Of a DNA stretch of 64,000 nt, positions 46,274-55,445 are shown piece after piece (the first letter of the stretch is position 1; the number at the start of each line of letters is the position of its first letter). The notes under the pieces were generated by a model. It ran no database searches, was not told where the DNA came from, and saw only the letters and a program-made list of their open reading frames with translations. Made by a program: the position numbers and the translations under genes. The DNA comes from Spirochaetaceae bacterium (lineage in GTDB: Bacteria > Spirochaetota > Spirochaetia > DSM-27196 > SLAA01). The DNA is taken from NCBI GenBank assembly GCA_003552985.1, contig PUPD01000298.1, forward strand, positions 6,729 to 70,728. The letters are read 5' to 3'.

Positions 46274-47187
46274 TGTATGACCTCGTGATTCTCGGCGCCG
46301 GTCCGGCGGGGCTCGCTGCCTCGGCGTACGCACTGCGCAAGGGGATAGAGTTCGTTACCGTGACCGAAGCACTTGGCGGAAAGGGCGGCGAGCGGATTTC
46401 GTTTCCCGGTGCGGCCGAGCATCGGGTGCTTCGACCGGAGCAGCTACTCGCCGATTTCCGGCGTGAGCTCGAGTATCTTGCCGAACGGCATCGCAGAGGG
46501 CGTGCACGTCAGGTTGTGCCGCGCGAGGGCGGGCTGGTTATCACGGTTGAGACGGACGACGGAAGCCATGAGATCCGGACCCGCAGCGCCGTGGTCGCGA
46601 CCGGAACCCGCCTGCGACGGCTCGGGGTTCCGGGCGAGCTGGAGCTCGCCGGGCGAGCACTCGGATACTCGGCCGTCAGTTACTCGCACGTGCTCCATGG
46701 ACGCGATGTGTTCATCTACGGTGACGGGCGAAGGTCGGTGGATTCGGCTCTGGAGGTATCGCGTCATGCGCGCTCGGTTACGGTGTTGTTGGAGCGTGTC
46801 GAAGGCTTCCGTGAGCTGTACCGGCACAGGCTGCAAAAAGCGAACAATGTGACGATGCTCGACGATTGCTCGATCTCCGGGTTCGGCGGTGAGGATTTCT
46901 GCCGTAGCGTCCGCCTGGCGTACCGCAACGGCGAGCCGCGCGAGATAGAGGCCGACGCATTCTTCATCGAGTTGCAGCCGAAGCCAAACTCGGAGATGGT
47001 GGCCGACCTGGCGGAGCTGGACGAACACGGGTTTATCGTCGTCGACCTCTGGAACAGGACCAGTGCTCCCGGGGTGTTTGCCGCCGGCGATGTCACCGCG
47101 GCGGGCTTCGAACAGTCTCTTGTTGCGGTCGGCGAGGGCGTGAAGGCGCTGATCTCGGCCTACAGCCACCTGCACTGGGGGCTATGA
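46270..47187 (+). CDS. Thioredoxin-reductase-like FAD-dependent oxidoreductase lacking the CxxC redox centre
   Basis: DLVILGAGPAGLAASAYA and GVFAAGDV. The position of TrxB CATC reads VSYS. Start GTG 46270 / ATG 46273 overlaps the malic-enzyme stop. Confidence 0.8.
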   Translation: MMYDLVILGAGPAGLAASAYALRKGIEFVTVTEALGGKGGERISFPGAAEHRVLRPEQLLADFRRELEYLAERHRRGRARQVVPREGGLVITVETDDGSHEIRTRSAVVATGTRLRRLGVPGELELAGRALGYSAVSYSHVLHGRDVFIYGDGRRSVDSALEVSRHARSVTVLLERVEGFRELYRHRLQKANNVTMLDDCSISGFGGEDFCRSVRLAYRNGEPREIEADAFFIELQPKPNSEMVADLAELDEHGFIVVDLWNRTSAPGVFAAGDVTAAGFEQSLVAVGEGVKALISAYSHLHWGL

Positions 47188-47230
47188 GCGCCGGCGAGTG
47201 TAAGGGGCGGCGTCACGCCGGCGGCAACCG

Positions 47231-47321
47231 CCGAACCTGCGCGGAGAATCTGCGCGAGGAATCTGCGCGTAGAATCTGTGCGTAGAATCTGTGCGTAGAA
47301 TCTGTGCGTAGAATCTGTGCG
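47231..47321. repeat. Intergenic 13-bp tandem repeat, 7 copies (4 perfect TAGAATCTGTGCG, 2 near-perfect, 1 degenerate)
   Basis: Read directly as ccgaacctgcgcg gagaatctgcgcg aggaatctgcgcg, then (tagaatctgtgcg)x4. Confidence 0.95.
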
Positions 47322-47365
47322 TTCGCCCTTCCAGCCCGACGCGGGTTCGCAGTACAATCATCGCG

Positions 47366-48838
47366 ATGACCTTCTTCTGGTATGATCTGGAGACCTTCGG
47401 GCGCAACCCGCATTACGACCGCATTGCGCAGTTCGCGGGCGTGCGCACCGACGGCGATCTGCAGCAGATCGAGGAGCCGCTGGTGCTCTACTGCCGGATT
47501 ACGCCCGACTACCTGCCGGACCCGGCCGCCTGTCTGATCACCGGAATCACGCCTCAGGTCACGCAGGAACGGGGCCTCGCGGAGTTTGAGTTCATTGCGG
47601 GGATTCTCCGTGAGATGAGCAGGCCGAACACCTGCACCGTCGGCTACAACAATATCCGGTTTGACGACGAGTTCATCCGCAGTTGCTTGTATCGCAACTT
47701 CTTCGATCCCTACGAGCGCGAATACGCTTCGGGAAACTCGCGTTGGGACATCTCGAACGTCGTCCGGGCGATGCATGACCTGCGTCCTGAAGGCCTGCGC
47801 TGGCCGCGCAACGATCGCGATCGACCGGATTTCAAGCTGGAACGGCTTGCCGAAGCCAACGAGCTCAGCCATGAGCACGCGCACGAGGCTCTATCGGACG
47901 TCTACGCCACCATCGCTCTTGCGCGGCGCATCCGAGAAGCCCAACCGAAGCTGTTTTCGTACTTCTTTCGGCATCGCAAGCGCGCCGAGGTTGCGAAGAT
48001 AATCGATCTGCATGAGCGCCGGCCGTTTCTGCATACCTCACCGCTGTATACCCGCGAAAGCGGATGCAGCTCGATCGTTGCTCCGCTGACCGTCGACCCC
48101 AACAACCCGAATGCCGTGCTGTGTTACGACCTGCGCTATGATCCGGATCTTCTGCTCGAGGCACCGGTGGAGACTATCCGGGAGCGTTTGTTCACCCCAA
48201 GCGAAGCATTGCAGGAGGATGAAGAACGGATTCACATCTCCTCGATAGCGCTGAATAAGTGCCCGATCGTTGCGCCGCTGAGCGTGCTCGATGACGCCGC
48301 CGCCGAGCGGCTCAGGCTCGATCCGGGGCTCGCCGAGTCGCGAAGGACGCGCTTGTTGTCCGAGCCGCTTCTCACTCAGAAGGTCTCGAGCGCCTTCGCC
48401 GGGACGCCGTTCGAAGCCCCCAAGGACCCTGACCTGCAGATCTACTCCGGCGGCTTCTTCCAGGATGCCGATCGCGAACGCTTCGGCCGCATTCACGTCG
48501 CGGCACAGGCCGCATCGCAGGGTGAACCCGAGCCCTTGCGGGGGCTGCAGCTGAGTTTCGAGGATCCGCGTATTCCGGAGATGCTGTGGCGGTTCATCGG
48601 GCGCAACTACCCGTGGTGTTTCGATGAGGAGCAGCAAAAGCGCTGGCTGAGCTTCTGTGCCGGTCGGATTCTGTTTCCGCCGGCTGGGGCGGGTATCGAC
48701 CTTGCGGAGTTCGAGAAGAAATGCGCCAAGTTCGCCCAGGACAAGGCGATCTCGCCGGCCCATAAGCCCACCGTGCACGCGCTCTCCGGTTGGGCCGAGC
48801 ACCTGCGCCGTACGGTGCTGGCCTACTCCCCGGCGTGA
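47366..48838 (+). CDS. sbcB: Exodeoxyribonuclease I
   Basis: The FFWYDLETFG (Exo I) and HEALSDVYAT (DEDDh) motifs, and a length typical of SbcB. Confidence 0.88.
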   Translation: MTFFWYDLETFGRNPHYDRIAQFAGVRTDGDLQQIEEPLVLYCRITPDYLPDPAACLITGITPQVTQERGLAEFEFIAGILREMSRPNTCTVGYNNIRFDDEFIRSCLYRNFFDPYEREYASGNSRWDISNVVRAMHDLRPEGLRWPRNDRDRPDFKLERLAEANELSHEHAHEALSDVYATIALARRIREAQPKLFSYFFRHRKRAEVAKIIDLHERRPFLHTSPLYTRESGCSSIVAPLTVDPNNPNAVLCYDLRYDPDLLLEAPVETIRERLFTPSEALQEDEERIHISSIALNKCPIVAPLSVLDDAAAERLRLDPGLAESRRTRLLSEPLLTQKVSSAFAGTPFEAPKDPDLQIYSGGFFQDADRERFGRIHVAAQAASQGEPEPLRGLQLSFEDPRIPEMLWRFIGRNYPWCFDEEQQKRWLSFCAGRILFPPAGAGIDLAEFEKKCAKFAQDKAISPAHKPTVHALSGWAEHLRRTVLAYSPA

Positions 48839-48847
48839 GCGTCGCTC

Positions 48848-49657
48848 CTATTTCGCGAGGGTGTTCCTCGGTTCGTCGTACACGCGTTTGCCGAGCCATT
48901 CCACGTCGGCTTCGGGATAGGTTGCCAATACGCGGTCGAAGTAGCCGGAGAGCTGTTGTGCTAGCTCGCTGTCGGTGCTCCGCAGGCGAGACTCCACATT
49001 AGCCTGCAGCCCGGCATCGGTGAAGTTGAGCGATCCGAGATAGGTAATCCGCTCATCGATAATGTAGAGCTTAACGTGATGAAACGGCGTGGGGTCCGCC
49101 CGCCCGCCTCCGGACTGCTCCCCGCCTCCGGTCCCCGTAGACTGTTTCACCAGGAACTTAACCGGGAATAGGCGCGTGTAGCGGTGTCGGTAGACCGGCA
49201 GGGCACGCGCAATGCTGTAGGTTACGATTGCACCGGCGATTGCACCCGGAATACTCACCCATAACGGCTGAATCGCCTCTACCTCCAGGAGCAACTCCAG
49301 GCGCACAAACAGCATCACCAGCGCGACAATCGCGACCGCCGCGAGGAGGGCGGCAATCGTCGCCAGGGAGCGAAAGACCGCGCGCACTACAGGCCGGGCG
49401 GTGCGCTCCTGCGCAATCACGTTCCTGGCTGTCTCGGACTGGCGCCAGTCGAACTGCTGGAGGTCGACGGTTGCAATGCAGTCCACCTGGCAGTTCTGCT
49501 CGGCGCGATCGCGGAGCAGTTGCATCTCCCGCGGGCTTACGTAAGGCGACATGATCCGGATTCGGCGCTCGGCCGCGGCAATGTCGTTCAGCAGCTTTTC
49601 ACCGGCACGGCTGCCGATGTATATGTCGAAAGGCTTGTCGCGAATCTCGATGTCCAT
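48848..49657 (-). CDS. PLD-superfamily (single HKD, Nuc-like) protein with an internal two-TM insertion
   Basis: The HKD motif is HHVKLYIIDERITYLGSLNFTD. N-terminal half IRIMSPYVS...; hydrophobic helices LATIAALLAAVAIVALVMLFV and LWVSIPGAIAGAIVTYSIA sit between the two halves. The start is MDIEI at 49657 or ATG 49696. Confidence 0.75.
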   Translation of the reverse strand: MDIEIRDKPFDIYIGSRAGEKLLNDIAAAERRIRIMSPYVSPREMQLLRDRAEQNCQVDCIATVDLQQFDWRQSETARNVIAQERTARPVVRAVFRSLATIAALLAAVAIVALVMLFVRLELLLEVEAIQPLWVSIPGAIAGAIVTYSIARALPVYRHRYTRLFPVKFLVKQSTGTGGGEQSGGGRADPTPFHHVKLYIIDERITYLGSLNFTDAGLQANVESRLRSTDSELAQQLSGYFDRVLATYPEADVEWLGKRVYDEPRNTLAK

Positions 49658-49719
49658 CTGGCTACCAGCTATAACACAACCGAACCGAGGGCACAATGGC
49701 CGAACCGGCGCAACCTGCT

Positions 49720-50409
49720 TCAGGCCGGGCTATTGATGCGCAGCATCCGCGGTACGCGGTAGCGGTGGTACAGACGCGCGTGCGGGCGCCGGCGTACGCG
49801 GCGCAGTGTGTGATGCAGCTCGGGGCGGCTGCGGAGGCGCCGCGCAAGCACCAGAGGCGATGTGAACACCGCGAGCTTACGATAGCGGGCGTGCTGCGTC
49901 GCGGGCCGGACCAGCCGCCTGCGAGCAATGCGTGCGATGGTGTGTGACAGGCCGAAGCAACGTCGCGCAAGGCCGTCGCCGGAGTGCCTGAGGTGTCTGC
50001 GCACGATCGCGAGCCGCGGATGACGGATGCGGTTCAGGGCCGAGCGCACGCGCGGGTTCGCCGGCAGCGCGACCGCAAGCGTCCGGAACTTCCAGATCAG
50101 CGTCCCGACCGCCTGGAGCACCACCACGACTACGAGCACATATAGCCACCAGGGGAGGTTCCGCCCGAACGCCAGGAGATAGAAGAACGGTGCGGCGGTG
50201 GAGATCAGAAAGACGGTGCTCCACACGCTGAGCTCGGAGTGAAGCCGCTGCAGCACCGCGCGGACAATTCGGTAGAGAGCATAGTAATACAGCGGACCGG
50301 AGCCGAGATAGAACAGCAGGAACATCCGAGGATTGACGTTATACGTGTCCCGGCTGACGGTCATGAGATCGGATATCCGTGCGAGTGTAAGCGTCAACAA
50401 GTTCTGCAT
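49720..50409 (-). CDS. Membrane protein with strongly Arg/His-rich C-terminal tail (229 aa)
   Basis: The N-terminal ~110 aa carry 3-4 hydrophobic helices. The last ~110 aa contain about 30 Arg by my count. It lies directly upstream of, and co-oriented with, the PLD-like gene. Confidence 0.5.
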   Translation of the reverse strand: MQNLLTLTLARISDLMTVSRDTYNVNPRMFLLFYLGSGPLYYYALYRIVRAVLQRLHSELSVWSTVFLISTAAPFFYLLAFGRNLPWWLYVLVVVVVLQAVGTLIWKFRTLAVALPANPRVRSALNRIRHPRLAIVRRHLRHSGDGLARRCFGLSHTIARIARRRLVRPATQHARYRKLAVFTSPLVLARRLRSRPELHHTLRRVRRRPHARLYHRYRVPRMLRINSPA

Positions 50410-50561
50410 CGATGCGCTCTAGGCGCAAAATACCACAGAATCGCGCGCGCGACTACAGCTTGGCCCCATTTCTCTGCGAGCTTAGCACCACGCAGGCCAT
50501 CTGCCGCCGGTTGGTGCCGAGCGCTTGCAGAATCGGCGGCCGCGCACTACGCTTATAGCAT

Positions 50562-52742
50562 ATGGCCCGGAAGAAGGAAGGCGGAAGACGCGCGCGTCCC
50601 TCACTGGCAGAGGTAGTGTTTGAGATCGGCCACGGTCTCGAGCATACTACCGACATGTTCGGCTTTTTCGGTCGCCTGGCATATGCCGGCTTCGAGTTGG
50701 ACGCCCCCACCGCCGAGCGGGCGCTGGAGCTGCTCGAGGATTCAGGGCTGGTGGTGACCGCCGGCCGGAAGATCATCCCGAAAGCCACCAACTTGGCGGG
50801 AAGCTGCGTGCTGGCACGGTTGAGTCAGGACGAGCTTCAGGACGGCGTTGTTTTTCCGGCCCAGCGCCTTCTGGGGCTCGCTCCGCCGTGGATACCGGTC
50901 GCGGATTATCGGTTCCAGGCTCCGGACGGAACCTCGTATCGTCAAAGACGGGTGGGTCGGTCGCTGCAGGAGGTTTCAGGCCATTTGTCCCTGCTCATCC
51001 CCGAGGATCTTCTTACCGCGGCGGCATGTGACGAGCCCGCAACCGCTGGGTCGCGGGGCCGGGAGCATATCGATCTCCCCGCGGTGGAGATCTCCGAGTT
51101 GCTTGCCGGCACCGCCGACGAGGATCCTCCTTTTGTGAAGTTTCAGCTGGAATCTTTTTCAGAGGCGCGCTTTGGGCTCACTTTGGTTCCTGCAGCCGAG
51201 TTACAGGGCAGGCAGAGACAGGTGCGGCGGTGGATCGAATGGATGGACCGCGAGCTCATGCGCGCATTCGAGCGCTACGGCCCAAACACCGATGCCGCGA
51301 CGCAACTGGCGTTCGCATACGTGCACGGGCCGAAGACGATGCGCCTGCATCCCCGACTCGCACTCGAGCAGTATCTGGAACTGACCGACAAGGTAGCGGC
51401 CTATGCGTTCAACGGTGTTCCGATCCTTTGGCATGCTGATGCCGAGCCTGAGCCCGAGTTAGTATTTCCCGGCTTTGCTCCGGCGCGCGGGGATCGTGAC
51501 TCGCTGGACGCGATACTCGAGGACTTGGGCATCGACCTGAACGAGAGCGAGCTCACGGCGTTCTTCCGGGATGCCGTACTGCGGGGCGCGGCGAACCCCG
51601 AGGAACCGCTCCGGCGCGCATTGGCCGGTCGGGAGATGCGCTTCCACGACGCGCTGCAGCGCGAGAGCTTCGAGGAGCTCGTGCGGGAGTTGTGGGAGCG
51701 CCTCGCGGCCGCGCCGGTCACCGCCGCCGAGCGGTTAGCGACCGGCCTACGGGAACGGATTCTGGGGTTGATTGTTGCGCAGCGCCGCTGGCTGGTGAGT
51801 CTCGACCGCCGAGGGATCGATCCGGCGGAGTTCCCTATGGATGAGACGAGCCGGCTCGCGCAGTTGAGCGGCCGGCTTTCACAGTTTATCGTGCTGCTCA
51901 ATTCACCCGAGTCACTGGACGAGTTCACCTTGAAGCGCTACGAATCGTTGGTGGAACGGCTTGCCGAGGCGCTCGAGGCCGCGCGCGCTCAGCTTCAGGC
52001 GGCGCTGGAGCCCAATGGCTTGTGGCACACGCCGGAGACTCGCCGAGCGCAGTTTGAGATCGTCCGCCCGGAGGTCGCGCGTACCGCCGAAACCGGGCGG
52101 CGGAGCGAGGCAGACGCTGCGGCAAGCTCTGAGGAGGCCCCGCTGTGCGACGACGATCTGCCGCCGCCGCCGCGACGTCCACCCTGCCGTTGGCGCTACC
52201 GACTCGAGGTGTTGCTCAGCATCGCCGCGCCCCGTGTTCGGCGGGAGGTTGAGCTGCCCGGAACTCTTACGCTTGGTGAGCTGCAGGTGTTGGTCCAGCA
52301 GTTGTTCGGCTGGCATGGATGCAGCGTACCTGCCTTCGAGGTCGGTGAGACGACCTACACATCACGGGGCGCGGCCGACGCGCATCGTCACTTCCTGCAG
52401 GATGTGGCTCCAGCGGTCGGCGGAGAGTTGCGGTGCGTCCACTGCTACGACCTCCAATGGCGGATACGACTTACCGTCATGCAGATTAAGCCGGGCGTGG
52501 AGCCGGGCTTGAGTCCTGGGTTCGTGCGCTGTATCAGCGCCGAGGGGGCCGATCCGCCGCAGGATATCGGCTGCGTTGAAGCCTACCGCGACCTTCTGGG
52601 CGCCGCGTCGGACCCCAGTCATGAGGAGTACGCCTTCGCCTCCGAGTGGCTTGGTCCTGAGTTCGACCCTGAGCTCGTCGATCTCGAAACGATCAATCGC
52701 CGGCTGCGGGAGTTCGGATACCGGCGTGGCCTGACCGATTAG
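50562..52742 (+). CDS. Large hypothetical protein with C-terminal PRiA4_ORF3 (MM3350-like) domain
   Basis: The C-terminal YRLEVLLSIAAPRVRREVELPGTLTLGELQVLVQQLFGWHGCSVPAFEV matches the pRiA4b ORF-3-like pattern as I recall it. The N-terminal ~550 aa are unassigned. Confidence 0.7.
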   Translation: MARKKEGGRRARPSLAEVVFEIGHGLEHTTDMFGFFGRLAYAGFELDAPTAERALELLEDSGLVVTAGRKIIPKATNLAGSCVLARLSQDELQDGVVFPAQRLLGLAPPWIPVADYRFQAPDGTSYRQRRVGRSLQEVSGHLSLLIPEDLLTAAACDEPATAGSRGREHIDLPAVEISELLAGTADEDPPFVKFQLESFSEARFGLTLVPAAELQGRQRQVRRWIEWMDRELMRAFERYGPNTDAATQLAFAYVHGPKTMRLHPRLALEQYLELTDKVAAYAFNGVPILWHADAEPEPELVFPGFAPARGDRDSLDAILEDLGIDLNESELTAFFRDAVLRGAANPEEPLRRALAGREMRFHDALQRESFEELVRELWERLAAAPVTAAERLATGLRERILGLIVAQRRWLVSLDRRGIDPAEFPMDETSRLAQLSGRLSQFIVLLNSPESLDEFTLKRYESLVERLAEALEAARAQLQAALEPNGLWHTPETRRAQFEIVRPEVARTAETGRRSEADAAASSEEAPLCDDDLPPPPRRPPCRWRYRLEVLLSIAAPRVRREVELPGTLTLGELQVLVQQLFGWHGCSVPAFEVGETTYTSRGAADAHRHFLQDVAPAVGGELRCVHCYDLQWRIRLTVMQIKPGVEPGLSPGFVRCISAEGADPPQDIGCVEAYRDLLGAASDPSHEEYAFASEWLGPEFDPELVDLETINRRLREFGYRRGLTD

Positions 52743-52823
52743 CCGCAGAGCGCGGCGGCTACAGCCGCTGCGCCGTGCTTTCCGACAAGCGATGAGACTC
52801 TCGCCGGGCGCGGCGCGGGCGCC

Positions 52824-54179
52824 TCAGCGCAGCAGGAGGATCGTGCTCAGACCGAGGTAGATCGTCACCCCGGTGATGTCGGTGATTGTCGTTAGGAGCG
52901 GGCCGGTCATCATCGCCGGATCCTTGCCGAGGCGTTTGATTAGAAACGGAATTGTCCCTCCGACTACTCCGGCCACGAGGACGTTGGTTGCCAGGGCAAT
53001 CCCCGCGATCGCGCCTATCAATGCGTTCCGCTGCCAGAAGGTTGCGATCATCATAAACAGCGCCCCGAGTGCCAGCCCGTTGACAATCCCGATCGCGAGC
53101 TCCTTGCGCACCGCCCGCCAGAACTCGCGCAGCCGAACTTCACCGAGGGCGATCGATCGAATGGCAACCGAGAGCGACTGTATGCCGACGTTTCCGCCCA
53201 TATCGGTGATCATCGGCAGAAACGCCGCCAGTATGGCGACCGCCGCGATCGTCTCCTCGAAGCTGCTGATCACTGCAACCGCTCCCAGGTTCAGAAAAAC
53301 GTTCGCCGCCATCCACGGCAGGCGGAGCTTCACCGCGGACAGGGGCGGGGTGAAGAACGACTCATCCACCGAGCCGGCGTTCACACCGGCGAACTGGCCG
53401 GCAACCTGGGCAGAGACGATATCCATCGCGTCGTCGAAGGTGATGATCCCGGCAAGGGTGCCGTCGAGAGCGAGCACGGGAAGCATCGTAAAGCGTCGAT
53501 TACGGATAAGCTCGGCGGCCTGCACCGCCGAATCGGTAACCGAGACGGCAACTACGTGAGGAGTCATTGCGCGTGCCAACGGAGTTTTGGGGTCCCGGCG
53601 CAGCAGGTCGCGTACCGAGACAACGCCGACCGGTTTGTCCGCCGCGTCGGTCACATACACGTAGGTGGAGCGTTCCACTTCCGCCGGGGCCGAACGCATC
53701 GCGGCCAGCGTCTCACCGACGGTGTGCTCGCGACCGATGGTGAGGTAGCGTGAGGTCATGTGCGCGCCGGCGCTGCCGGCGGGATGCTCGAGCAGTTTTC
53801 CGACGGCCTCACGAAACGTTCGTGCACTGCTCGCGAGCAACCGTTCACCGAGCTCCGGCGGCATGGCCTGCAGGATATCGGCGGCATGGTCCGGGGGGAC
53901 TGCGGACACCAAGCGAGCGGCGACCTCAAGCTCCTGCTGCTCTAAAATCGCGGCGGCGTAGTCCGGCGGCAGATTGCCGAGAATGCGCCCCGCATGGTGG
54001 GACGAGCAGGCGAGGAGAAACGGGACGATCTGTTCACTCGGCGCTTCGCGCAGGGCCTCGGCGGCGCGGCTGCTCGAGAGGTTCTCGGCGGCGGCTACAG
54101 CCTCGGCGACCCGGCCCTCGTCGAGGGCCGCTCTCATTTCGTCGTGATAGGTCTCGATGACCTCGGGTTGGAGGAGCAT
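52824..54179 (-). CDS. mgtE: Magnesium transporter MgtE
   Basis: MgtE N-domain, CBS pair, and a C-terminal TM domain with PMITDMGGNVGIQS. Confidence 0.9.
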   Translation of the reverse strand: MLLQPEVIETYHDEMRAALDEGRVAEAVAAAENLSSSRAAEALREAPSEQIVPFLLACSSHHAGRILGNLPPDYAAAILEQQELEVAARLVSAVPPDHAADILQAMPPELGERLLASSARTFREAVGKLLEHPAGSAGAHMTSRYLTIGREHTVGETLAAMRSAPAEVERSTYVYVTDAADKPVGVVSVRDLLRRDPKTPLARAMTPHVVAVSVTDSAVQAAELIRNRRFTMLPVLALDGTLAGIITFDDAMDIVSAQVAGQFAGVNAGSVDESFFTPPLSAVKLRLPWMAANVFLNLGAVAVISSFEETIAAVAILAAFLPMITDMGGNVGIQSLSVAIRSIALGEVRLREFWRAVRKELAIGIVNGLALGALFMMIATFWQRNALIGAIAGIALATNVLVAGVVGGTIPFLIKRLGKDPAMMTGPLLTTITDITGVTIYLGLSTILLLR

Positions 54180-54200
54180 GCAGTCGTTATACTGTCGATT

Positions 54201-55445
54201 CTACACCGTGCCAAGCACCAGACTGGAGTTGTGACCGCCGAACCCGAACGAGTTCGACAGCGCCTTGCGGATCGGCTTCTCGACGATCTCGGTCGGTAGC
54301 TGAATCGGCGGCAGGTCGGGATCGGGATTGAAGAGATTGATGTTCGCGGGGATGATCCCGGTTCGCAGCGCCTGCACGGTGATAATCGCCTCTATCGCGG
54401 CCGTGGCACCGAGCAGATGGCCATGATACGACTTGGTGGACCCCACGTAGGTTCGGCCGCTGTCGCCGTTGGATAGCTCGTGGATACCGTTGGCCTCGGC
54501 GATGTCTCCCACCGGTGTTGAGGTTCCGTGGGTGTTGATATATCCGATCTCGTCCGGATTGAGCCGTGCCTGATCGAGGGCCATCCGCATCGCGTAGGCT
54601 GCGCCGCGCCCTTCCGGGTCGGGGGCCACAAAGTCGTAGGCGTCGCCCGACATGCCGCAGGCGAGCACCTCGGCGAGGATTTCGGCACCGCGCCTGCGGG
54701 CATGCTCGTATTCCTCGAGGATCAGGATCCCGGCTCCCTCACTCAGCACGAAGCCGTCACGGTCGCGGTCGTAGGGACGCGAGGCGGTTTCGGGCGAATC
54801 GTTGCGCCTGGATAGCGCCTGCATGTTCCCGAAGGCGGTGATCGCAAGCTCATTGAGCGTGCCTTCGGTGCCCCCGGCCACCATGACGTCGGCCATATTC
54901 TGTCGGATAATCATCTGCGCCATCGCCACGGCATGGTTCGAGGTTGCGCAGGCGGTCTGCAGACTCACGTTCGGCCCGAGCAGGCCGTAGATCATGCTGA
55001 GCACGCCGGCGGCCATATTCCCGATCGCCATCGGGATGTAGAACGGGCTGACCCCGCGCAGACCCTTCTCGGCCAGGCCCAGACTGTTGGTGTGCTGCAC
55101 CGAGAGCCCGCCGATGCCGCTGCCGACCGAGATTCCGATCCGTCGTGGATCCGGAAGCTCGGCAAGCCCGGCCTGCGTTGCGGCCTCCTTCATCGCCGCG
55201 GCGGCATAATGACAGAAGCCGTCCATCCGTTTGGCCTTTTTTCGAAGCTCGCCGTCAAAATACTGAGTAAAGTCGAACTCCTTTACGTCGCCGGCGATCT
55301 GACAGGGCAGATGCGAAGCATCGAAGCGCTCGATGCGCCGCAGACCCGAACGACCTGACAAGACGGTCTGCCAGCTCTGTTCAACGGAGTTTCCGAGCGG
55401 GTTGACCGTACCCATACCGGTAATCACGACACGGCGTTCTTCCAT
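54201..55445 (-). CDS. fabF: 3-oxoacyl-ACP synthase II, second paralog
   Basis: VVITGMGTVNPLG, TACATSNHA, NTHGTSTPVGD and GFGGHNS. Confidence 0.88.
   Translation of the reverse strand: MEERRVVITGMGTVNPLGNSVEQSWQTVLSGRSGLRRIERFDASHLPCQIAGDVKEFDFTQYFDGELRKKAKRMDGFCHYAAAAMKEAATQAGLAELPDPRRIGISVGSGIGGLSVQHTNSLGLAEKGLRGVSPFYIPMAIGNMAAGVLSMIYGLLGPNVSLQTACATSNHAVAMAQMIIRQNMADVMVAGGTEGTLNELAITAFGNMQALSRRNDSPETASRPYDRDRDGFVLSEGAGILILEEYEHARRRGAEILAEVLACGMSGDAYDFVAPDPEGRGAAYAMRMALDQARLNPDEIGYINTHGTSTPVGDIAEANGIHELSNGDSGRTYVGSTKSYHGHLLGATAAIEAIITVQALRTGIIPANINLFNPDPDLPPIQLPTEIVEKPIRKALSNSFGFGGHNSSLVLGTV

Noticed and set aside
47231-47321. Possible CRISPR array.
   Set aside because: The units are 13 bp and directly abutting with no spacers, and no cas genes are present. 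It is a simple tandem repeat.
47160-47406. ORFs 47160-47357 and 47182-47406, which translate the tandem repeat into FYAQILRTDS repeats.
   Set aside because: They are artefacts of reading through a 13-bp, non-triplet repeat in an intergenic spacer, and no start or RBS context supports them.
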